Positions 1-9,148 of a stretch of 64,000 bases of DNA are shown here, piece after piece. Each line of letters opens with the position of its first letter. Positions within the stretch are counted from its first letter, which is position 1. This DNA comes from Nemertoderma westbladi (Eukaryota > Animalia > Xenacoelomorpha), in contig JAUCBJ010002827.1 of the NCBI GenBank assembly GCA_032718475.1, forward strand, positions 38,798-102,797, written 5' to 3'. Position numbers and translations under genes: made by a program. Under the pieces are notes generated by a model. The model was given only the letters and a program-made list of their open reading frames with translations. It had not been told where the DNA came from and made no database searches.

Positions 1-710
1 ACTTCAGTAATAATTAATTTAAGTTAATATTTTGTTGAATTGGTAAGTTTTTGAATGATTTTTTTTTTTAATATTTTGCTCACTCTTGCTTACCGGTACA
101 ATATTACGCTTACAAGGCTGCAAGGGGATATAGAGTTCCACGATATGTGTACAGTAGTAGCCCTAACTTTGATTTTATGGATCAAACATAATAACAATAA
201 TAATAATTCATTTATTGTTGTCATTTATAGTCAGTAGTGTTGAAGTAGGCGTGGGAAAACTAAAGTAAAATGAAATTGAATAATGGGAAACGTATGAGGC
301 AAAGGTAATAATCTATACTCTAGGCTCCTATACAGTATGGCCTTTGTTTACGAGTTGCCGAAACGTATCTATCAGTTTGTCTAAGCGCATCCTGAACAGT
401 TGCCGAAATACAACTATCTGACTATGAGTTGCCGGAATGCAACCTTGTTGCATTCCCCACTCTTGTTGAATGTTGCCGAAACGCGTCTCTAAATACAGAT
501 TCATTTCTTTCAGGTGATTCACATTACTGACGTTTTTTAAACTGTTGACTATTCATTCATTTATTTTATATTATATTTGTCTGTTTGTATATATGATATA
601 TGGTTTTGATTTTCCTATACTGAATTCCAGAACGAGGAGTTCCAGGAACAAATTGAGTATCGGATCCGGTACCAGTACCGGCGGGCGGGGTACTGGCTCC
701 AGCCACGTAA

Positions 711-1440
711 ATGCGGCTATTTCCACCCCCAAAGGAAGTGCTACGAAATCTAAGTCGAAGAAACAGGGCGGAAGAAAATCCGGTGCAAATTGACATGTCC
801 AAACTTTTCTATTGTGATAACTGTCCACCCATTTTCATAAATAAAGCCGATTGCAATCAACATGTAGCAGAGTGCGATCCATCGGTTACTTCTACTAGCG
901 ACGTTTGTCCACATTGTGACACTGCAGTTTCTGGCACTGACTGCCTGGGATGTGAAGTCTGTGGTTGTTGGGTTCATGGACGGTGTCTCAACCTAACCAC
1001 CGTGGAAGTTGCCACAATTGGGGAGTGCAAAAACTGCGTCATTATCTGTAACTCTTGTCTCGGCCGTGGTAAGGTCGGCCTCATCAACCAAACGGAAGAC
1101 GGGCTAGATTCAGTGATTTCGAAAGTACAGAAGTCCCTTTCTGATCACTAGGATCGGATTTCTGCCCAGATCTCGTGTCTTCGTAGTGATCTGGGTGATG
1201 ACACTTCCCTGTGGAACACGGTCAAATCAAAACGCTCGAACTCCTCTAAAGATTCCACTATTGGCGGTCTATCAGCCGACGATGTAGATAAAGAGGTTCA
1301 AGAGCAACGTCGATGTGAACAGAATATCGTCATCCGTCAGTCCGTGGTCTATCCCTACCTGAAGTCAGTTCTAACGACATTGGTTTTGTCAGCGAATTTA
1401 TCTCTAGTGAGTTCGGCAGTGACACTGCTGTTAGTAAAGT
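711..1440 (+). pseudogene. CR1-type LINE ORF1 remnant with PHD finger
   Basis: CPHC...CLGCEVCGCWVHGRC...CNSC is a C4HC3 PHD finger, typical of CR1 ORF1. Premature stop at 1149-1151, with coding-like sequence continuing afterwards. Confidence 0.7.
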
Positions 1441-1484
1441 ACTATATTAACTTATTTATTTATTTTATTTACTTATTTATTATA

Positions 1485-1818
1485 CTGTATTCAAAACTTG
1501 CATCGTGTCTTGCTGCCCCATTATCGGTTATTTTTCAGGTTTCTTTTATCGGCCATGCTTTACCTACTATTTGGTTGACAGCATAAGTTGTACCTGTGTA
1601 CAAGAAAAATGATGCTTCCGACCCTTATAATTACAGGCATGTTTCACTTACTTACATAGCATGTAAAGTAATGGAATTGTGCATTAAAAAGGAATTGTTA
1701 TCGTATTTATATTTGCACAAACTTATAAACAAGGCACAGCATGGTTTCCTGAAAAAACGTTCGACCTGTACCCAACTATTGAACTGTGTTAATGAATGGT
1801 AACAATGTGTTGGCAAGC
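1485..1818 (+). pseudogene. CR1-type LINE ORF2 reverse transcriptase fragment (N-terminal part of RT)
   Basis: LAAPLSVIFQ..LPTIW..*VVPVYKKND..NYRHVSLT..CKVME..QHGFLKKRSTCTQLL, with in-frame stops. Confidence 0.85.
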
Positions 1819-2013
1819 TGTATTTTTCGAGGAGTTTGTTATTATACATTTATTATAGGAAGGGATCTAGGGGTCTTAACCTCGAATGATAAGTTTATTT
1901 TACCGAAAATAACTTATCTTTTATTGGCGCAATTGTAGGACTAATCCCATCACATGCGTACTTTTTAACCGGGTAGTGTACAAATTTAGGAATCGCGTAA
2001 TTTTTCTTGAAAT

Positions 2014-2140
2014 TAATATCTCATATCTCTCCAAACCACGTACGCGTTTCGACCTTACTGGGTCTCATCAGCGTGGTGTCGGATTCGAACCTGGGACCTC
2101 GAGGTGGAAGCCGAGATTACAACCACTAGGCCACAGGTTC
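2014..2140 (-). mobile_element. tRNA(Gly-TCC)-derived SINE-like element carrying a hammerhead ribozyme
   Basis: Minus strand has A box TGGCCTAGTGG, anticodon-like arm CTCGG-CTTCCAC-C(T)CGAG and B box GGTTCGAATCC. Flanked by a 10-bp direct repeat TTCTTGAAAT (2004-2013, 2138-2147). Confidence 0.7.
2035..2077 (-). ncRNA. Minimal type I hammerhead ribozyme
   Basis: Minus strand reads ACCACG-CTGATGA-GACC-CAGTAA-GGTC-GAAA-CGCG-TA-CGTGGT: full catalytic core, 6-bp stem I, 4-bp stem II, palindromic minimal stem III, GUA cleavage triplet. Confidence 0.85.
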
Positions 2141-2395
2141 TTGAAATATGGGGTATTAATTTCAAAGCCAGCTGCCATTTTATTAGCCACTGATTTTTGA
2201 TAATCAAAATTCTTCATAGCCTGCGGCACATGCTCCGCCAAGAAATCTCTGAATTCTCCCCGATTCTCCGGCGTCCACCTGTCCAAATACCTCTGCGTAT
2301 TTATCACTCCGGCATACGACGCCGCCTTCGACACCTCCTGATAGGTAAACGGAAGTCTCCATTTTATAATCTCCAGGTGGGCCTCTTGGTTGATA

Positions 2396-3790
2396 TTAAA
2401 GAATGGCCTTCATCCGCTGTCGGGTCATGGTACCGACGTCAGCCCACTCCTCGAAGATCCTAAACTTCTCCTCGTCGTCCATCCAGTCGCACTGGCGTCC
2501 GTAGTGCCCCCGGAAGTTGCACTTAGAGCACCGGTTGTGCAACCGTGGACACGCCCCCATCCTATGACTCGACTCGCGGCAGTAGAGACAGCTAGTCCCC
2601 TTTTGGAATTGGTACAGGCAGTTCCTTTCCTGGTAAGTTTGCCTCCCGCAGTAATCGCAACCGAGTACCAATGCCTCCCACCCCATGTCGTCTTTCCTCC
2701 CAAGCGATCTCCTCGGTCTATGGAGTCGCTGGTAAGCGAACTTCTGGACGTTAGCGTCCCTGTCCACGTCTATCTCCTCGCCCCTCCTGGGCATCGTCTC
2801 CCCGAATACTACCCATGGTGCCATTCCCGGTTGCTCGCCCAACCTGATGGTGCTCCCCGCGAAATCCATCGCTGGCTCCTCATGCACCCAGGCCCGCTTG
2901 CCGGGTCTATCCCAGAAGGCCCTCGCCCCGCTGGCCATCACCACTCTCCCGCCAACCCAGTCTGTGCCCGATTGGCCGATCCTCCCAATGGGCGGCATCT
3001 CTCCGAACTCGTCGTCATCCTCGTCTTCCTCAGGGAGTGGTTCCAATCCCGGTAACCCGGTGGATCCACTGTGTCCCTTCCCACCTTGGCTCTCGCCCAT
3101 GATTCTCCATCCTTCCAGCTCCCCCGGCCTCCTCTGCACGAAATCGCCCTCGGCGCCCGCTGGTATGGGTGTCACCTGCAATCCCGATGTCGACTGTTTC
3201 GGTGACCCTACCGTCCACCCCAACTCTCGCCCTAGAGACTCGCCCGAACTCCCTGATGATGTCCAACGAAGTTCGTCTAAGGCCGCCTGTTCCTCGAACC
3301 CGTAGCTCTCTGCTCTGGCTGCCTCCTCCCTTTCTTCTGCCTCTCTCCTTTCTCGTCTAGCGATTTCTTCCAATCGCTTCTCTTCTCGTCTATCCGCCTC
3401 TAGCTGCTCCCACCTCTGATATGGCGTATCCGCATCCCTGTCTACTAGATGTCGGCAGTTATAATACACCGACTCGCCCTTCAGCCCCGGGTGGTCTACC
3501 AGACCCTCGAAAGCCACTCTGAAGGCTCTTCTGTAGTTCAGGGGTGATCCCGATAGCAGGAATGCTGTTGGTTCTCTCTCGATAACCACGGTGATGAATA
3601 GGTTTAGCAAACCTATCATTATCCAGTCCTCCTGCAGGATATATCGCTTCTGATATACCTTTATCGCTCCTCTCCGGAATTGATACACCTCTTGCTTCCC
3701 CGGCCTCGCTCCCCACTTCAGCGAGTTTGCCAACTCCGCTCCGTACTCCTCCCTGATTTTACCCCAGTCCATTGTTTGTGGCATACGAGT
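2396..3790 (-). CDS. Extra ORF of BEL element, C-terminal part: ExoIII-like motif, charged helix and CCHC zinc knuckles
   Basis: YQKRYILQED; CDYCGRQTYQERNC, CLYCRESSHRMGAC and CSKCNFRGHYGRQC. Probably joined to the upstream ORF by a frameshift near 3770-3785. Confidence 0.65.
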   Translation of the reverse strand, partial: TRMPQTMDWGKIREEYGAELANSLKWGARPGKQEVYQFRRGAIKVYQKRYILQEDWIMIGLLNLFITVVIEREPTAFLLSGSPLNYRRAFRVAFEGLVDHPGLKGESVYYNCRHLVDRDADTPYQRWEQLEADRREEKRLEEIARRERREAEEREEAARAESYGFEEQAALDELRWTSSGSSGESLGRELGWTVGSPKQSTSGLQVTPIPAGAEGDFVQRRPGELEGWRIMGESQGGKGHSGSTGLPGLEPLPEEDEDDDEFGEMPPIGRIGQSGTDWVGGRVVMASGARAFWDRPGKRAWVHEEPAMDFAGSTIRLGEQPGMAPWVVFGETMPRRGEEIDVDRDANVQKFAYQRLHRPRRSLGRKDDMGWEALVLGCDYCGRQTYQERNCLYQFQKGTSCLYCRESSHRMGACPRLHNRCSKCNFRGHYGRQCDWMDDEEKFRIFEEWADVGTMTRQRMKAIL

Positions 3791-4525
3791 CCCATTAGCT
3801 GGCCCATCGCCACCGCTCCACAATGGCCCGCGTTCTCCACTAGTCCCAACCCGTCTGGTGCCATCATAGCCATGTAGACCGTTTGCGTATCCAGGAGGTT
3901 GGAGGTCTCCGGACCGATGATCCTCTCCGCATCGTCGCGGATCGCCGATCCCACCTTTATCGTCGACTTCTCCCTTACTAGACTCTGCACCGCTTTCGGC
4001 AGCCGGTTCAACTTCGGTCCGTTCTTCTTCCCATACGTTCCTAGATCGAACAGGAATATATCCCCATTTGGCGCGGCCAAATGCAGGAGTATGGTTCTGG
4101 CCGACCCCGCCGACCCTCTTCTCGAACCTTCCTTGTCTTCCACGGTCCCCTCATCGTCTAGGACCATGTATCCTCCCCTGCTGACGGACTCTACGAACCT
4201 CTTCCAATCCTTTCTCGGTGGCTCCTTTGCGTACTTCGGTATCCCGAACTTCGCCTCGTCTCCCTTCACCATGTAGTGGAAATGCTCGAAGATCGCATTG
4301 TCTAGCGACGGTGTCCCGTAGGTCCCGACCAGTCGCTGTTCGTGCACCTCCCTGAAATGGTCCTGCAGCGCTCGCGCTTTGTGACCCCTCTCTAACCGCT
4401 CGTAGTATCCCCTCGTCTTTTCTTCCGGATGCCTCTCGGTGAAATCCACCAGTATCTCCTTCCCTCCCAACTCCGCCTTTCTCTTTCTGACCAGTTCTCC
4501 GCCATTTCGAACTTTCCCGATCGCT
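3770..4525 (-). CDS. Extra ORF of BEL element, N-terminal part: DEDDy 3'-5' exonuclease (WRN/EXD/mut-7-like)
   Basis: VLDDEG (ExoI DxE), ILLHLAAPNGDIFLFDL, LPKAVQSLVREKSTIKVGSAIRDDAERI (ExoII) and LLDTQ match the WRN-type exonuclease pattern. The frame is open from about 4525, just after a possible splice acceptor. Confidence 0.7.
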
Positions 4526-4934
4526 CACCTATAAGATGGGGCCTTGCCAAGGCACAATATAAATGAGTGATGTGGTTTGGATGGTCTGTACTGTCCGATA
4601 ATGGCCTATCTCTCACTGTATGTTAGGTTATCGCCTAATTTTCCTACCCTAATTTCCTAAAAGTGCCAAATTCTGCTAAATTTCGTAATTCTGTCCGTTA
4701 CTTAAATTATGTTCCAGAATATTTCTCCTACTGTTACCATAATTTGTCTAATTTTCTATTTTTATTTAATTTTAATATTTAATTTTATCCTACAACTGTA
4801 TTATCAATATCTGCTAATGGATTATTCTACTTTATAATCCATATTCTAGCCTACTCTATGGGCCTGTGCAGTACAGCAGTATGTATCGCGTGGCCTACAC
4901 GATTTATCCAGCTGTACCCACGTGCCCCCCTCTC

Positions 4935-5550
4935 GCTACCTACCACTAACTCTACTAACTTTCCAACTGATTTCTACTAATTCTTACCATATACTATATT
5001 ATACATATCCTCCTACCACTAACTCTTACTACTAACGGTACTATACGTACCCTCTCACTAACTAACTCTCCAACTAACTCTTACTAACCGGTACTACGTA
5101 CCCTCCTACTACTAACTAACTCTCCAACTAGCTCTTACTAACCGGTACTACGTACCCTCTTACTAACTAACTCTCCAACTAACTCTTGCTAACCGGTACT
5201 ACGTACCCTCCTGCTACTAACTAACTCTCCAACTAACTCTTACTAACCGGTACTACGTACCCTCTTACTAACTAACTCTCCAACTAACTCTTGCTAACCG
5301 GTACTACATACCCTCTTACTAACTAACTCTACTAAGGGTACTACGTACCCTCTTACTAACTAACTCTACTAACGGACTACGTACCCTCTTACTAACTAAC
5401 TCTACTAATGGTACTACGTACCCTCTTACCAATTAACTCTACTAATGGTACTACGTACCTTCTTACTAACTAACTCTACTAACGGTACTACATACCCTCT
5501 CACTAACTAACTCTACTAACGGTACTACGTACCCTCTTACCAACTAACTT
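4935..5550. repeat. Tandem minisatellite (about 37-bp unit ACTAACTAACTCTACTAACGGTACTACGTACCCTCTT plus 52-55-bp variants)
   Basis: Directly visible tandem copies between pol and the extra ORF. Confidence 0.9.
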
Positions 5551-5659
5551 CTATCTGCCTACTTACCTATTGCGTATCTACTATGTACTATTACTTTCCT
5601 TTATCTTTCTTTCTTTCTCTATTATTTTTAATTTTATTATTTTTTTTATATAAAAAGTC

Positions 5660-7026
5660 CTTAGTACGTCCTCTGTTACCATGTGGGTGTTCATTAACTT
5701 TGTCATCAGACGCTTGGAACTACCCACGAGTCTCTCGACGCATCCTAGAGTATGCGGAGCATACGGCGTCCTCCTCTCCCACTTCACCTGTCATCTTCTC
5801 ATGGCTGCCCTGACTTCCTCCCCTTCCAGGATGTCCAAGGCCTCTGCTAGCTCGTTCTCCGCCCCCACAAAGTTGGTTCCGTTATCCGAGTATATTACTG
5901 CGATCGTCCCACCTTTGCGGTCTCTGAACCTCTCTAGGGCATTGATGAATGCCGATGCGGTTGCGTTTTGGGCGAGTTCTATCCCTACCGCCCGCGTGTT
6001 ATTACATACGAAGATAATGCCGTAGCGCTTCTCCGTGTGCCGCATCACCTTAATCTTTATCAGCCCGAACATATCTACACCGCAGTGTGTGAATGGCGGG
6101 TCGTGCTGTCTCACCCTACTGGCCGGTAGTGGCGCCATCTCCTGTATGGCCCGCTCCTTTCTCGTCCGTCGGCAGGTCTGGCACTGCTCCACCACTGCCT
6201 TTACCTTCTTCGTCAACTGTGTGATCCAAAAGGTCCTCCGTATCTCCGTGATGGTCCGGTTGGTGCCCCCGTGCAATATCGACTTATGGGAGTCCCAAAT
6301 GATCTGGTGCACTATCGGCGATTTATTAGGGATGATGATGGGTTTTGGTGGTATAATGAGGCTTTTATTATTTAGAACTCTAGAATTCATTACTAAGATT
6401 CCATCGTCATTGAGTTGTGGCGACAGCGTGATCAGCTCGCTGTCCCGTCGAAGATGTTGATGTTTACCGATTCGCTCCACTTCGTCGCCGTAGCTCTTTC
6501 TTTGTTCGTAAAGGACCATGGCCTTGGCCGCTCCCTCCAGATCGACGTTTGGTTTGTTCTTGGTGTCTTGGCCGACCTCTTTTATGAAGTTCCCGAAGGC
6601 TCTCCAGTACGCCACTAACTTTTTGGTCTTGTACCAACTTGAGCTGTAGCTAAGGAGTTTGTCCGTCGGGTTATCGCACAGTTCTTCCGGTTTTGGTTGC
6701 ACGTCCCTTATCTCCCTCACCAACTGGCTATATATCTCCTCGCCTTCTGAGTCTCCTCCCTCCTCCTCTAGTGCTACTTCCTCTGAGCCCGGGTCCACCT
6801 TCTTCATCGGTGGCCAGGCTGTCCTGTCGTTCAGGAATTGTGGCCCGTGCTGCCACAATACTTCCTTCTTCAAGAAAGTGTGGCGTGCCACGCCCCTCGA
6901 TAACAAGTTCGCTGGGTTCTCGTCCGCTGGGCAGTAGTGCCACCTTTCCAGCTCCGTCGTCGCTCTTATTTCGTCCACCCTTTTGCGACGAATATAGGGT
7001 ATCTCGTCCTCTCGTTGTGTAGCCAA
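5660..7026 (-). pseudogene. BEL/Pao integrase (zinc-binding domain and core), frameshifted and C-terminally truncated
   Basis: WHYCPADENPANLLSRG; HKSILHGG..CQTC; PFTHCGVDMFG; IYSDNGTNFVGA; WERRTPYAPHTLGCVERLV in the next frame. Confidence 0.9.
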
Positions 7027-7361
7027 CCAAGCACTACCATGGAGTCCGTCCAGTAGTGTGTCTCCTCTATGTTGGGAATAGCATCCATCAGGTAGGCTGT
7101 GGCCCTAACTCCTAACCTCGCAGCTGTCAACTCGAGTTTCGGGACCGATGCTGAATCTGGCGGTGTCGACTTTGCTTTGCTGAATGCAAGTCTGGGCTTA
7201 TGAGCCCCCTCCCATTGTACTAAGTAGAGTGCCACTCCGTATGCCTCCAATGATGCATCGGAGAACATATGTAGATCCAGATTCGTCATGTCCCCATCCG
7301 GGAAATACACGCGTGGCATGCTGTATGTTCCCATCTGTTCTAAACTCTCTGTCCACTTGCA
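6966..7361 (-). pseudogene. BEL/Pao RNase H fragment
   Basis: LHMFSDASLEAYG, SKAK..SVPKLELTAA, YWTDSMVVLGW. Confidence 0.9.
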
Positions 7362-9148
7362 CTATTGTTTGCTGAGCTCTTCCGATACCTCTGTATCCCA
7401 CTCATCCTTTAGCTTATATACTTTCTTGAGTATTTGTTTCCCCGTGACTAGTAATGGGGATGCTAGGCGTAGGGGATCGTATATCCTTGCTATATACGAT
7501 ACATAGCCCCTTTTTGTGTGGATGTCCGCGCCCTCCTGGCTCAACTGGTACTTCAACTCGTCTGTCTCTCGGTTCCACACGATCCCTAATGCCTTCTGCT
7601 GGGACTCTACCCTTTTGTTCGCCATGTCCTGTCCCTTGGCTGTCGTGGGATTATCCATGGTCGACTCTGGCCTCCTGTCCTCTATGGCTTTCATGAACTC
7701 TCCCGAACTGGACTGGAACTTGGTCAGGTTGAACCCGGATCCTTTTAGGATGTCGCGAACCTCGCGCCCCGTATCCAGTAGTTCTTTAACCGTGTTTCCA
7801 GACTCCATTCCGTCGTCTACATAGAAGCCGCGTCGAATCATATCGACGGCTTTGGCGCTATATTTCTCTTCTTTACCCTCTACTGTGTTTCTTACAGCCA
7901 CAGTCGTCGTGAATGAGGACGACTTGGCACCCATATTCTGCTCCACCATCTTGTACATCGGTATTGTCGACGGTTCCTCATCGCCGTTGTACCATAGGAA
8001 GTGCTGACTGTCGCTATCCTCTTCCGTTACATGGACTTGGTTGAACATGCCTTCGATGTCGCAGGTGAAGGCGTGCTTCCCATTCCTGAATCTAAGTAGG
8101 ACCTCGATCCCTGAGTTATAGATATTGGGACCCTCCAGCAGGTAATCGTTTAGGCATTTGCCGTCTGTCTTGGCCGATGCGTCAACTACCATCCGCAGTT
8201 TACCTTTCTTTAGATCTAGAGCCACGTGGAGTGGCAGGTAATAGGTCCTGTCCGTGTTTGGTTCGTCGACCTGTAACTCTACGGCCCACCCTTTCTCGAC
8301 ATACTTCCTAATCGTCTTATGAATGTACTCATTCTTTTCGGGGCTCCGTCTTAGCGTTTGCTTCAACTTACGAAGCCTCGTGAGTACCATTCCCTTGTTG
8401 TCAGGTAGCGGTAGTTTTGGTAGTTTCCATACCATCCCTATGGTATACCGCCCCTCGTCGCACCTCATCGACTCCTTTACGCTTTGTAAAGCCTGCTTAT
8501 CTTCTACCGAGGTTCTGACCCCGGTCTCTTTCAATCCCTCAAAATCCTGCCTAAGCAGTCTTCTGAGCTGCTCTTCCGCTCCTCCATCTTCCATCTCCCG
8601 CATAGTTCCCGCGAACATGCACCCTGATGTCTCCGACATCCTAAACGTTATTTTGCTTCTGATTGGGCCGCTCAGCGTCCACCCGAATGGTGTTAAAATT
8701 GCCACCGGGTCACACTGCCTGTATTCGCCTAAGACCGTCTGCATTCTCTCGTGGGCCGTCGGGCAGTCCATTCCTACAATAATGGATACTTTCCTAACAT
8801 CCACGTCTGGTATTGAGAAGTCGATACTGTCTAGGAATTTGTATTGTTCGACCTCGATGTTGGTTGGTCGCCTGGCGTTGATATTTATCGACTCTATCAC
8901 CTGGATGGGGTCAATGGTCGCCCCATAGTCGCATCCCGGTGCTATCGCTGCTATCCCGCACCGTCCAGTCCTCATCCTCAGGACCTCATCTTTGCTGGAG
9001 ATGGTTGTTACCGCCATTCTACTTGGCCTCGTCCTCAATCCTATCTCTTCGGCCACCCAATTCTCAACCAACGTGAAGGCTGCTCCACTGTCGACCAGCA
9101 TCAGTGTGGTTACTGATCGATTGCCTTCCCCAATCACCCGCACTGGTA
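7362..9148 (-). pseudogene. BEL/Pao aspartic protease and reverse transcriptase
   Basis: LVDSGAAFTLV; TPFGWTLSG; YYLPLHV..KLRMVVDASA..LNDYLLEGPN; CDIEGMFNQV; FYVDD; IARIYDPLRLASP. Confidence 0.92.

Noticed and set aside
340-490. Repeated GTTGCCGAAAC(GCGTC), resembling the 3' half of a hammerhead
   Set aside because: No correctly placed CTGANGA or stem II. The motif recurs at about 16594 and looks like a subterminal repeat of an element interrupted by the CR1.
1819-1988. TGTA...TACA segment as the 3' LTR of BEL element 1; TGTACAAATTTA shared with 14037-14048
   Set aside because: No further similarity to 13756-14042, no polypurine tract and no consistent TSD. The CR1 host is also deleted across this junction.
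2077-2140. Functional tRNA-Gly gene
   Set aside because: The acceptor and T stems do not pair fully; treated as a SINE head.
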